NCBI GenBank assembly: GCA_021613535.1
Contig: CP075495.1
Location: 2,418,001 to 2,482,000, forward strand
Length of the DNA: 64,000 bases
Direction: 5' to 3'
Source of the DNA: Adineta vaga
Lineage: Eukaryota > Animalia > Rotifera
The position numbers and the translations under genes were made by a program. The first letter of the stretch is position 1. Each line of letters starts with the position of its first letter. The notes beneath the pieces were generated by a model that worked only from the letters and a program-made list of their open reading frames with translations, was not told the DNA's origin and did not search any database. This document shows, piece after piece, positions 49,401 to 63,301 of the stretch.

Positions 49401-52400
49401 AACTATCGACGACAGTCAAGAGACAAAAGAGAAGAAATTTTCTTCTCTCTTTCCCTTTCTCGATGTCGAAGAGAAGAAGGCGGTACGAGCGCGAACGTTC
49501 TACGAACGTATATAGTTTGTCTGCTGATGAAAAAAAAGAAAATATCTGCTCGTCTTCTCTTTTTTCCTTCATCCAATACAAGTATATTTCTATCTATCTC
49601 GTCGCGTGTTTTTGTTCATCATCATCATCATCATAAGCTTTTCCTTGTTTTGTTCGGTTCTTTTTCCTATTTCCTTCTTCTCTCATTCAGATGACAGTAA
49701 CGTCAATAAAAATAGATATAACTAAGCCAGTCATATAGACAAAGACAAAAGATGAAAGGAAAAGAAAATGAATAGAATTCTGACATGGTAACATCTCGTT
49801 GCCATCGCTTGGATTCTATGGCGCAATCATATTGGCAACATACGAGTGAAGGTTGACAAATATGGAACATTCAGACAATTAAATATAGGGAACAAAAAAC
49901 GTAACGAAGAATGATGTAATCATTATTTTTTCATTAGATGGGGAGGAGAAAAAAACCAATCAGCCCAACATAAATGGTATTATAAAATAAGCAGGAATGG
50001 TATATTAGTGAGGAAGTACATGAGAGATGCATACCTGTAAGAAACTGAAGACACTATGTTTACGTAGCTAGATAGAAAATAAGAAAGTTTTGTTCTTCTT
50101 ATTATTGTTTTCATTTCATTTTGAATTAATAATTAACATTAGAGAAAAAACAAAAACAAATAGGAAATCTCAACATACTCGTGTTGTCGATTGTGGAGGA
50201 TTATTAACACTGATTGAATCCGATGCAGTACCCATTAAATTTACCAAACTGGTACTAATCTAAATACAATCAATCGATCTTGTTATTATGTGTTGATTTA
50301 TTTTATTGATAACAAATAATCTTAAGATAGTAAAAAAATCCCTACCGTTTCAGCCAAATATAGCGTTGGTTTGACTAGTTGAGACAAAACAAAACTCATC
50401 TCGTTTTTTCTTTCTCCCTTTTTTTTCTCGAATGAATTCAATTTGACACGCAAGTGAGATTAGAGAGTAATAGGCTCTATCTATCTTTGTGTCTATATAT
50501 ATGTATGTATGTGTATGCACACAAGCACGGGAGAATGAAGAGAGAAAAGAAAACGAAGAATAATGATATGCTTGATCTGATACGTAGTGTGTACTGCACA
50601 AATCGATCATGAAACTGTTCAAATAGTACTTTAGTCAGTCACACAATATCGAGAAGAAATTCAAAAATACGAGGAGAAAGAACGTCTGTTTATTTGTCTC
50701 GGTGTATGCTGCATGTCTCTTTTTCTCTCTCTCTCTGTGTATATATATATAGACACACATATCGACCACTTTGAACTTGTTAGAAAGAAAATAAAGTATC
50801 TATGAAGACTATTACTAATAGTATCCAAAGATCATCATCTAACGATTGCATGTTATATACTCGTCTTCTCACCTCTTTACTAGGTAAAACACGCGGAGGA
50901 AGCATCGATGATGATGATAATGATGATGTTGTAGTTTCATCAATATTGTTGGATGTGATTTGTGTTGAAGATTGATTGAACATAGTTGGATTTAGTATTA
51001 CAGATGACGGTGCACACTGTTCTTTTTGTCCATTGGTTTTCGTGGTGGTAGAGCAGGAGGAGTATCTTGACTAGGCGATTGAATTGATAAAAGAGCAGGA
51101 CGATTAGGTTGTTTAGATGTTAAAGAAGATTTTAATGGTACATTTCGCTGTTCATCTTTATATCCAAGATTGGATTCAATTGTTGATGTTCCATGTTTAG
51201 TATGATTTGAATTCCGACCGGGTTTTCGTCTAAATTAGAAAAGAAAAACTTAATCATGCAAAAGAATAACAATTCTTTATTTCATTAGGAATGTTTATTT
51301 TTGATAATTGAATAAATCATCAAAAATTGGTTAAATGTCACATTTTTTTCTTTTCATATCGGATCACAATATGAATTGAACTTTTAATAGGATTGATCTT
51401 AATGTCATTTTCTTTTGTTAGACTCAAAAATCAAATGATTCGAAACACTATGGGAGCTTAACACGGATTGAAAACCTACAACTGTTGATCCTCTTTTTTT
51501 TGCTCTATTTGATTGTCTGTCAATATCAATTAACATCTTTCAAATAGAATTCGAAATGAAAACTACCTTTCGGATAAATTCAAACATTTCTATCATATTA
51601 ATTAGAAAATAAAAGTTTTCAAGTATATCTAATCTACTCTATATCGTGTCTCAAGTGTATGTCAAATATCACGAGACAGAAATCTAATCATAGACACATA
51701 CATCTATTACAATGAAGGTAATGTTACTACTCATTCTAATTTGTCTAGTGCTTGTATTTGTTGATGATGGTAATCATCATTGTTATATACCTGATGTTGA
51801 AAGATGAGAAAAATTGCATGTTTTTCTTTCGAACGATGTTGATGAATGTGTTGTTTCAGGAAATGAAAAAAGTACCAAGTAGATGTAGTCGACACGTCAA
51901 AATCTCGTCAATATTATCATTAATATTTTTATTGTACTTCGTCTTAAGTAAAAGAAACGTTCGTCTAGAATTACTGTAGATACTCCTACACATTTGCACA
52001 CATTCATTTTCATATACATGTATGCCAAGATACGATCGATGAGAAATTAAAAATCACTTTTCTTTCCTCTTCTTTCACAACTTATATGTAAAGAATGACG
52101 AACAAGAATACAAAAAAAAGAAAGAAGGAATCGAGCAACAGATGTTAAGACATGAAGAATCGTACATGAACTTGTTATCGTACCTGAATAACAACATCTG
52201 TCTCCGATACTGATCAATACTTGATCAACATTGTAATAGAAATAGGCAAGAATTAAAACACGTACCTTCGACGAAATGAATTTAACATTGTTTTCTAATA
52301 AATTTTTGTCAGAATATAAAACTGAATGTTGTCATATATTTGTGGTTGCTTTTTTTTTAAGATCGAGAATATATAATCGGTCATAAATGTTCGCCTTCCT

Positions 52401-53741
52401 GTATGTTTCGTGTATGGTGACTTATTGTCATTATATATATATATATATATATAGGATGATTCAAAATAATTGCTGTCGAAGCGGGGGTTGATATACGAGT
52501 GCACTAAGATGACGAATAAAACTGAAGCCGTTAAAATATAAATGTGTGCGTGCGGGTATAGACGTGTGCACCAATGCCAATGCCACCTTCTCTCTCTCTC
52601 TTACTTTTCTATCCTTCTTCTTAGAATACCGTTGACCGACAATGTACGTTTTTCTCTCAAATTTTTTTTTGTTTGAAACACAAAAAAAGTGAAGAGAAAG
52701 CACGACGACAGTAGGTCAATACATATAAATATATACTTTCTTCTACCGTTTCTCTCCTTATTAAAATGTGATTTTTTTTTCTTAGTTCTCTTTCCTCATG
52801 TCTCTATGATAATTCAAGGAGGTACCACTCTTCACCTGTATAGTAACGCTATTGTTGTCGTCCATTGGAGACAGAAAAGAAAGAAAAAGAATCACCGATG
52901 AACTTGACATTTCGGTTTGAACATATAAACGAATGAAAAGAAAGATAGGAACTCCATTGTAATCAACATTTATTTTGCTAATTACTCTATACCTTCGACA
53001 TATAAAAATCTCCACTGTGCACCATATGGTATAACCTCTCCTAGAGTATGTATTCATTTTGAAGGTTATTTTGAAACACTTACTCTTCACCCATTTTGAG
53101 TTGTTATGAATTCTTTTTCTTGAATAGCTTTCCAATAAAACTCTTACAAATCTAATGTGTGAAATAATCCGAGAAAAAAAGCTAGTAGTACTATTGTTTT
53201 TCCTGACATTATTATATTATTCATATGAACATAGCAAATATTTGTCGACAGAGATCGTAGTTAATGGAAGAAAAATAGTTCACTATGGAAGGTAGTGTTT
53301 TTTCCTTCTTTTCTCGTTCTCAGAATGAACAACAACGTAATAAACCTATGAATTACTTATCAACTGTAAATACTCATAAAATGATCAACTAAGACACATC
53401 CTCTTGTCATGTCTTTCGAAAACGAGGAGAAAATATGTTAGGTGTCTACGAACATTGAAAGTTAATGTTAGATATAATTAATTCAAGGTTGTCTCATTTC
53501 TTTTCATATGTTAAAAGAGAAAAATGAACAAAGAAATGATTCTTTGACATTTTACTTACCTAGCTGAAGCACATGATGTCAAATGACGTATTGAATGTCG
53601 AAAGCCGGAAGACATCGAACGAGTATTATTACCAGTTGATTGATTTTTCAAGTATTGTTTTTCATCATCGTCATCATCATTATTTTGAACGTATTTCACT
53701 GTTTTATATCTGTAAATTTCTGGATGAAGAGATGTTTGCAT
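46440..53741 (-). CDS. RAP1GAP: Rap1 GTPase-activating protein family, multiple alternative first exons, apparent frameshift at about 51025 in the long isoform
   Basis: RapGAP domain: HKFGIIYQRENQLTEEDIFSN, FRGGLDV and MFHVSTLLP...QQLERKRHIGNDIVAIVFQE (Asn thumb). A C-terminal coiled segment ends at TAG 46440. The distal first exon is 53741-53560. Confidence 0.85.
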
Positions 53742-56081
53742 GATTTCTTTTTTTTCGTTGTCGATGATCGAATGTTCGTCTTTTACATTGTTGTAATCAT
53801 CTTGAAGAAAAAGAAGAAGAGAAAAGAAAAACTCAAATTAGGATTAAGAATAACAAGGACGGGTCAGTTCACGGTCATTCATCATCAAAAAGAGACGAAG
53901 GCAAAGTATAAATGAAAGAAGAGAGCGAGAGAGAGCGAGAGACAGAGCGAAAAGTGATGTATAACCCTCCTTTTTCAATAAGTAAAGCAATAGAGGGACA
54001 TATCGTTCATTAACCTTGAAGATTGTATTTACTCGACGTGTAGTTCAACATACAAAAGCTTACCTACGTCAATGAGTATGTATTAGTATGCTTCTTGATG
54101 ATCGATGAGACAAACTGTGAGTCACAAAAGAGTGAATGTGCATGAAAAGAAATGAATAATAGTGTCACCTTATTCAAATTGCTATTGAAATAGAACCTGA
54201 AAGGTCATTTTTTCTGCAAGATAAGAGCCTTATTACTAAGATATATATTCTGAAGAGGATTTTTCTTTTAAAAAAAAGAAGAAGAGAAGAGAAAAAAAGA
54301 AGGATGCTGTTTTTTTATCATTTCCTATTTAAAAGAAATGCGCAATAACTAAGAACGGCTGCAAAGCGAGGAAAAACTGAATGTCTATCATTGAGTTGAA
54401 AAATAGAAATGAATGAAAAAAAAACCGAACAAAAAACGTACGTATTTATGTGTGTGTATATATATATACACACGTGCACATACAAAAAAACAGAAGAATG
54501 AAAGAACGCGATAAATGACAACGACGTGTCATTGATAGTCCTGTGAAGCTTATTTCTTTTCGTCTAATACTTTCATGTATGTTGAAAGTTTATTATTTCA
54601 CTTCATCAAAGTACAACTCATTTCCTTACTTTATGTTTCTGTAGAGATTCTCAAAAGAATTGAGAACTTTTTCTTCTTTTTTTTTCGTGTTCAATATTTG
54701 AAAGATAAGAATATGACGTTCATCTCTCTCTCTAATAAAATGATGATAATGATGGTTTGACAGTCGACGTTATAAACTAAGAATACAGATATACTCAACA
54801 TTCATATAAATTACACCATGCACGATCGAACTAATGAGTTCATGCGTTGCCTAACGGAAGAAAAACACGGATTATATGAAGGTAATTTTATTTTGTAACA
54901 TTAGATTTAGTAAAGAAAAAAAGAAAGACATATGATAATGACTCAAATGAAATCCTTGAACTATTCGTTGTCTTATCGATAAAGATGTTTCTTTATTCTA
55001 TTTAGTATATCTTTAAATAATACATATTGATTATTTACTATTTGCAAATATTGTTGCAAAAATATCGAGCGAAGAAAACTCATCAATGAAACAATAAAAA
55101 AAATGCAACCAATGATTTGTTTTTCTGAAAAATATCTGTCAAAATTTACCTCTTACCATACCGAAATGCAAAATGACGACCGAAAGAAATGTGTATTATT
55201 GAGTAATGAACAAAACAAATCTTGATTACTAACGAATAGAATTTGTCAAACAATTTCGGAATGAAGATTCTCGTAATGTATGTGACAAGGCAAAATAATA
55301 TCCGATTAGACGTGCAACGATGTTAATGAAGAAATAGTGTTACATAGCGTTACAAGAGTATCAAGAGATAATCGAACTGTGTGTTTTTTTCTCTTGTTTT
55401 ATTTAAGTATTAACGTCAGCTTTAACTTTACTTACCACTATAACTAAACTCCTATCGTTAAGAAAAGATAATGGAAATGCTTAAATATTGCTATACGTTA
55501 TTTTCTAGAGCAAAAAGAACTAATAGACATATAATTATTATACTAAATTGCATTGCTGCTAAATTGGTTGTTTGGTTAATTATTGGTATCGCTCGTTTGA
55601 TTTTTAAAACTGAGACAAATTTTGAATAAAAAGAGTATTTTCTTTTATTTTATATGCTTAGGCAGATATATTCATCTTTACTAGTTACTATAAACGAACA
55701 AAATTTGTTATTAATATCACAAGTTTTATTTTCGTATTTTCAATTCGTAAATTTCAAAGTGAAAATACGCTACATACTACGAGCGACCTCTATTGGATGG
55801 AATCGTTGACAAAGAGAAATTCATTGGACAATAGCACGCAATTTTCAGTGGCTGATTTTTGCCATACAAAGACTACAATAGAGAGAGAGAGATTGAACAC
55901 AAAGACCCTTTCAAGCATTAACGGAGCAAAAAAACCGAATAATTGTCTGAAAGGGAACTGTCATATTCATATTGATTATTTCAGATCATTGATATAAGTG
56001 CAAACATTCGTGTTTGATTAAAAATTGCTTTAGAATCTCAATAATTTTTCATTTACCGTTGCTTTTGTTTCGGTATTTATA

Positions 56082-59000
56082 ATGAATAAATCTGTAAGTG
56101 ATGCACCAAAAAAAAATGAAGAAACTTATCAACTTCTTGAACAACTCGATCATATTCTCAAACGTCCTGAAACATACATTGGTTCCAATCGACCATGTCG
56201 TGAAGTATGAATAGTTCAAATATCAATTATTATTATCTTTACGGAAATTTCTTCTAGGAAATGTGGGTTGTTGATGAATCCAATATAGAAGGTCCAAAAA
56301 TTATTAAAAAAGAAATTACCTATGTTCCTGGTCTTTACAAAATCTTCGATGAAATTCTCGGTAAATAACGCAAATTTTAATTTCATAAAATAATCATATC
56401 GAAATCTATTTAGTCAACGCTGCGGATAATAGACAACGTGACAAAACGATGACATCAATTGAAGTAGATATAAATCAGTAAATGAGCATGAAAAATTAGG
56501 AAGGTAATTGAATGAATTCTGACATTTTCTTTTAGAGAAAAAGGTGAAATCAAAATATGTAATGATGGTCGTGGTATTCCAGTTCGTAAATGGGCTCAAG
56601 ATGAATCGGTTTATATTCCTACTTTAATCTTTGGAAAACTTCTCACTTCAGATAATTTCAATGATGATCAAAAACGTGTCACAGGTATGATTCTTTAATT
56701 TCGAATAAATCTCTTTCGTTCTATTTAATATCTTCTTTTCAGGCGGTCGAAACGGTTATGGTGCAAAAGTAACAAATATCTTCAGTAAAAAATTTACTGT
56801 TGAAACATGTTCAAAAGAATTCAAAAAATTGTTTAAACAAGTAGATCATTGACTGAAATTTATCATAAAACTAGATCTTTTCTTTGTAGACTTGGACGAA
56901 TAACATGCGTGATCCTCAAGATGCAATCATAACGAAATCGGAAAATTCCAAAGAATTTACTCGTGTTTCATTTATTCCTGATTTAAAACGATTTCAAATG
57001 GACACATTAGATGATGATCATGTTGCTCTATTCAAACGTCGTGCTTACGATGTAGCTGTATCGACTGGCTGTAAAGTTACTCTTAATGGTACACGTATTC
57101 CAATGAAAAATATGAAAGATTATATGTTGATGTACGTTGATGCTGAAGAAAAAGAAGTTGTTTATAAAAAAATAAATGATCGATGGGAAATTGGTGTTGC
57201 AAAGAATGATTATAATAATGGTTTTACACAAGTTAGTTTTGTCAATTCAATTCTAACATCCGACGGTGGTAAACATGTTGATTACATAACTGAACAAATA
57301 TGTCCGAAACTAGTTGAACATATAAAAAAGAAAAGTAAAGCAGCTGGAGAAAATCTCAAACCGATGCAAGTGAAAAATCATATCTTTTTATTTGTTAATT
57401 GTCTTATTGAAAATCCGGAATTTGAATCTCAAGCAAAGAAACAATTAGCAACTGAAAAGAAAAACTTTGGTTCAGCATGTGCATTGAAAAGTGATGAAAA
57501 TCTTATGAAAGATATTATTAAAAAAACTGGTATTGTTGAATCAGTTATAAATTGGCTTGAACATAAACAAGATGCCAAATTACATAAACAAAGTGGTTCA
57601 AAAACATCAAAATTAAAAGGTATTCCGAAACTTGATGATGCAAATGATGCTGGAACAAAGAATTCACAAGCTTGTACATTGATTGTTACCGAAGGAGATT
57701 CAGCTAAAGCACTTGCTGTAGCTGGACTTGGAGTTATTGGTCGAGATCGTTATGGTGTTTATCCATTGAAAGGTAAAATGTTGAATGTACGAGAAGCAAC
57801 AACAAAGAAAATGACGGAAAATAGTGAAATATCACAATTAGTCAAAATTCTTGGATTGAATTATGGAGAGAAATACATGAATAAAAGTGATTTATCTAAA
57901 TTACGTTATGGAAAATTAATGATTATGGCTGATCAAGATCAAGATGGTAGTCATATTAAAGGTTTAGTTATTAATTTCATTCATTATAAATGGCCAAATT
58001 TACTTAAGCATGATTATATTGAATGTTTTATTACACCAATTCTTAAAGTAAGAGAGAATTTTATGTACATCTGACGTTCACTTTCATCTTATATATTTTA
58101 GGTTACCAAAGGTTCTGAAGTCTTCTCATTTTATTCTATGCCAGAATTCGAGCAATGGCAAACATCAACACCAGATTGGCAAAAATGGAAATGCAAATAC
58201 TACAAAGGTTTGTTCTTTGATTCTCCATTAGTTTTATAACAATTCGATTTCTTCAGGTTTGGGTACATCAACAGCTAGAGAAGCAAAAGAATACTTTTCC
58301 AATATGGATCGTCATCGTATTATATTTAAATATGAATCAGCTAAAGATGATCTTGCTATACAATTAGCATTTAATAGTGCATTGAGTGATGATCGAAAAG
58401 ATTGGATTAAATGGCATACAGAAGATGTCAATCAACGACGTGAACAAAATTTGCCAATGGATTATTTATATAAAAAAGATACAAAACAAATTAATTTTAA
58501 TGATTTCGTTAATAAAGAACTTGTTCTTTTTTCCAAATCAAGTACCGAACGTGCTATTCCAAATATAATGGTTAGATAAAACTAAAGAAAAATTAAAAGA
58601 AAAACTATTCATTTTTGTTTTCTTTTAAGGATGGTCTTAAACCAGGTCAACGAAAGATCATGTTTGTATGTTTTACAAAGAATCTGATTCGTGAAATCAA
58701 AGTTGCACAATTAGGTGGTAAAGTTGCTGAAAATTCTGCTTATCATCATGGTGAACAATCATTAACGAATACTATCGTGGGTCTAGCTCAAAATTTTATC
58801 GGCTCGAATAATATCAATTTCCTTGTCCCAGCTGGTCAATTCGGTACACGATTACATGGTGGTAATGATGCTGCTTCTGCACGTTATATCTTCACACGAC
58901 TTAGTCCACTTGCTTTATCTATATTTATAAAAAGTGATGAACCATTATTGACCTATTTAAATGAAGATGGTATGAGTATTGAACCTGAATGGTATTGTCC

Positions 59001-61751
59001 AATCATTCCAACTGTTCTTGTTAATGGTGCACATGGCGTTGGTACAGGTTATTCAACTGATATTCCATCGTATAATCCATTAAGTTTAAGTAATAATATG
59101 AAATATTATATTCGACAAGAACGTGAACGACAACGACAAATAAATAATCCTTCATCTGAACCACGAAAATATTCTGATGTTCTTACATTACGAGAATTAA
59201 TTCCGTGGTATAGAAATTTTACAGGTGACATTAAATTATTAGACAATGATCGTACACGTGGTGTAATCAATGGTGTTTGTGCTAAACTTGATGATACATC
59301 AATTGAAATAACAGATTTACCAGTTGGAACATGGACACAGAATTACAAAGAAACGGTTTTAGAAACTATGCTTCATCCAAAACGAAATGATATTGCACCC
59401 TCAATTCTCGATTATAAAGGTTTGTTTTATATATTTATATGAAGAAATCTTTTCATTCTATTCTCAAATATTTATTAGAATATCACACCGATACAACGGT
59501 TCGTTTTGTTATCAAATTATCTCATGAACAATTTGCAAGATTTAAAGAAGCTGGTTTACATAAAAGTTTTCGTTTACAAGATACATTTAAATTAACAAAT
59601 ATGGTTCTTTTTGATCATAATAGTATTCTTCGTCGTTATAAAACTCCCGAAGAAATATGCGAAGAATTCTTCATGGTTCGTTTGAAAATGTATGTTAAAC
59701 GAAAAGAATTTATGGTTGGAACATTACAATCTCAATCATTGAAATTAGATAATATTGCACGATTTATAAAAGAAAAAATTGAAAATGTCATTAGTGTAGA
59801 AAATAAGAAGATTAGTGCTGTTATTGATATGCTGATTGAAAGAAAATATGATCGAGATCCGGAACGAGTATGGCGTGAAGAAGCAAGAAAGAAATTTGCT
59901 GTGGAACTTTCGACACATGTTGTACATGAAGATAGTGACCAATTAGCTGATTTACAACGTAAACAAGAAGATGATGATGGTGATGACGATGAAGATGAAA
60001 ATTATGATGTTAATGATAAGAAAAAAGTGAAAGCAAGTGCTTCAGCAACAAATCGTATTGATACGAGTTATTATGATTATTTAATTAATATGTCATTACG
60101 AAATTTAACAAAAGAACGTCGAGAAGAAATTCTCAAAGATCAAAATGACAAACGTGGTAAATTAGAAGCTTTACTCAAGAAAACACCTGAAGATTTATAT
60201 GAAGATGATTTATCAAATTTCGAAAATGAATATCGAAAAGTATGTAATCAAGAATTTCTTGATAAAATTTAGAAAAATAAAACGTTCCTTTTTTTCTTTT
60301 GTTTAGGCAATTGAACAAGAACGTGTTGATGAAATGTCAGATGTTGCTCATCCAACTACAAAGAAAGGTGCAGGTGATAATAAAGCTCGTAAACGATTAA
60401 CAGCCAAACCACAACGTGCTGAAACAAAACCAGCACCTCATGGTAAACGTATAACACCAGTTATTGATCCAGCATTGATTAAAAAAGTGAATGAAGAAAT
60501 CCTGAAACGTACCAAAGTATGTTCTCGAATGATTTGTTCGAATCGATTACTGTTTTTTCTTTTTTCAGGAAGAAAAAGCTGTTGAAGACAAAAAATCTAT
60601 TATTGAATTTCTTGTCAAAGAAGGTGTTACTACAGAAGAGATAGCTAATATTATGCAATCACGTTTTCGAGAAAAAAAGAAAATTCCTAGTGCAACAGGT
60701 TAGTTTCTTTTCATTTCTTTTCTGGATTCGTCATCATAGAAATTTGACTATTTAGATAAGAAATCTGATGAAGATAAAGAAAAGAAATTAAATGGTACAG
60801 TGGATGAACATGATGAAAATAGCAATGCATCAATGATGTCTGTTAATGGCAATGATACTTCAGGTGCTGTAAAAGAAGAAGTAACACCTAAACGAAATGC
60901 TCAACGTACAGCGAAAGAAAAAGTACCGAAATATGGTGATGATGATGGCAACGATGACGAGGATGAAAGTATTATTCAAGGTATGGAAATTGATGATGAT
61001 GAGAATGTATCGGATTACATGGGTAGTGATTCGGAAACTGAAAAGAAAATTAAAAAGGCAAATACAAAACCTAAACAACCAAGAAAACCCAAATCAGGTA
61101 TAGATTGAATAATGAATATAAAAAGGATAATTTCCGTTCGACTTTTCCTTTCCGCCTATGTTCAGCGACGAGTACATCACCAACAAAAAAGAAGGTAAGT
61201 GAATTTAGAAATTTGAATCAAAGCAAATTTCCTTCTGTTTTCAAGGCAACTACGAAGAAAAATGACACTAATGGTGTGACTGAAAAACAAGAAAAAATCA
61301 AGAACGGTGATGATAATGAAGATGATACATCACCAAAATCTAAACCAAAAAAACCTCCTGTATGTAAAATTTACAATTTAATTACATTCATTCGATAGAT
61401 TCTCTTTTCGATTTTAAAGGTTAAAAAAGATTCTGCATCAACTCCAAAGAAAGAAACCGCGAAAAAAGCAGTTAAACGACCAAAAAAAGATGTAAGTTAT
61501 CTTTCAATGAACTCGAAAACGATCGATTATCAATATTTACCTTTCAATTTTTTTAGGACAGCGATGAAGATGATGTTCCGATTCTATCGAATACATCAAC
61601 TCCTGTTAAAAAGGTAAGATTCATCTATTTATATTTTTCATCCATATTCTTTCTTATCGTATATTTTTCTCCTTAGGCCCGAACACAACGTGGCGCTGCA
61701 ACAAAAAAAAGTTATCACATTTCCGATGATGATGATGAAGATTATGTTTAA
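56082..61751 (+). CDS. TOP2: DNA topoisomerase II (type IIA)
   Basis: HILKRPETYIGS, GLYKIFDEILVNAADN, NDGRGIP, TGGRNGYGAK, TEGDSA, PLKGK, DQDQDGSHIKGL, KYYKGLGTS, DGLKPGQRK, YHHGE and ASARYI (catalytic Tyr). The acidic/basic CTD is spread over many small exons. Confidence 0.97.
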
Positions 61752-62028
61752 AAATACTAATCGTATATTTTTCTATGATACCAAAATATCTTCGATGTTT
61801 TATTTTCTGTTTCATAGTTGAAGAAAAGAAATTTAATTTCTTATTTTGTATACGTAAAATAATTTGTTTTGTGTTGTTTCGTTCCTAGAATTCACTAGAT
61901 ATTCTTTTGTGTTTACCATTGTATGAGATTAATAAAAAGAAATGCAATGCGACAGAACAAGAAAAAACAAAGACAAGTTCTATTTTATGAACAAAAAGAA
62001 AATGAAAATCAAGAAGAATGATAAATTA

Positions 62029-63301
62029 TTATACAGATAAACGTTTAAGATCAGATCGACATCGAATCGATTCGGAATCTTGACGAAAACGAGTTAACAT
62101 TGTTTGTAATCTCGTTGAAGAAAGAATATTGTCAGTATCATTCGTACTATTCACATTGCTTGTTTGACCAAAAGATGTGGATTTATGTATAGGAGAAGTT
62201 ACGACTGCTGATGCTGGCCAATCAATTGCTAGAGAATCATTTCGAGATGATTTACCTCCGAATGTCGTTGTCATTTGTGGAATATTCGTTGATGTTTGTA
62301 GATGATAATCAATATTGGACGGTTTGCCCATAGATAACGCTCGTCGAACAATAATCGAATCAAAACGTTGCATGGGAACGAGATGTGTCACTTTTCCTGG
62401 TAGACGACGAACAGTAAATTTTTTTCGTTCTTTCTTTTTACGTTTAAAACAAGAAAAACAATGGCATGGTTCAGATTCAGCTGGTGTCAATTCAGTTGAT
62501 AGATATTCTAGATGTTCAGGCGATGAATATGGAATGAGAGTACCTAAAAGAAACAAAAAGAAAAAGAAAAATATTTGTTATTGTCTTCTTAAAGAAATAA
62601 TCGAACCATTTGGACTAATCAAATCACTATCAAAATGAAGGGAATTTCGTGCTACTGCTGATTGAATTTCTTCACGACGTTCATCTTCAGTATTCATTGT
62701 TAAAAATCTTAAAACTAATAAATTCATTGATGATGCAACAACAGTTAAACCAAATAGAATAAATGTCATCGATAATACAACATAGAATACATTTGTATTT
62801 AATGCTTCATTGGTTTGTAAAGCAACAAAATCACCAAAACCTAATAGAGAAAAAAAACGCAAATTCAATTATCTCATTTCATATTCTCTCTTTTTTTCAA
62901 TCAGAGACAAAAAAAAGCGAATCTTTTTACCAATTGTTGTTAATGTTATAAAACAATAATAAACACAATTAAAATAATCCCAAGATTCGTAATGATGAAA
63001 CATTGCTGCACCTCCGGTGACAACACCGACTGCAATCACAGTTCCAACAATAACAAGTTCAGTTTGAGTTGATTCACAATGACGAAATTTAATACATTTT
63101 TTTATTCGTTGAATACACCAACTAGAAAAATTATTTAGACGTTCACCAACTGATTGAAACATAACTAAACATAATGGAATTCCAATGACAGCATAGAGCA
63201 TACAAAACGATTTTCCCCAAGCTATAAAACAGAAAAAATGAATGCATGACATTTGTTCTTTCGATAGATTTTACTTGTAGTTGGACAGGAGTGACCATAT
63301 C
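62029..63301 (-). CDS. KCNK9: Two-pore K+ channel, TASK subfamily (5' exons outside the window)
   Basis: P1 GYGH, GKSFCMLYAVIGIPLCLVMFQSVGERLN, P2 YYCFITLTTIGFGDFVALQ, NLLVLRFLTMNTEDERR and a C-terminal KRLSV. The symbol marks the TASK subfamily, not strict orthology. Confidence 0.9.

Noticed and set aside
56082-61751. Horizontal origin of TOP2 or SHMT
   Set aside because: Both are intron-containing with eukaryote-type architecture and host-like composition. No gene in the window looks bacterial or fungal.
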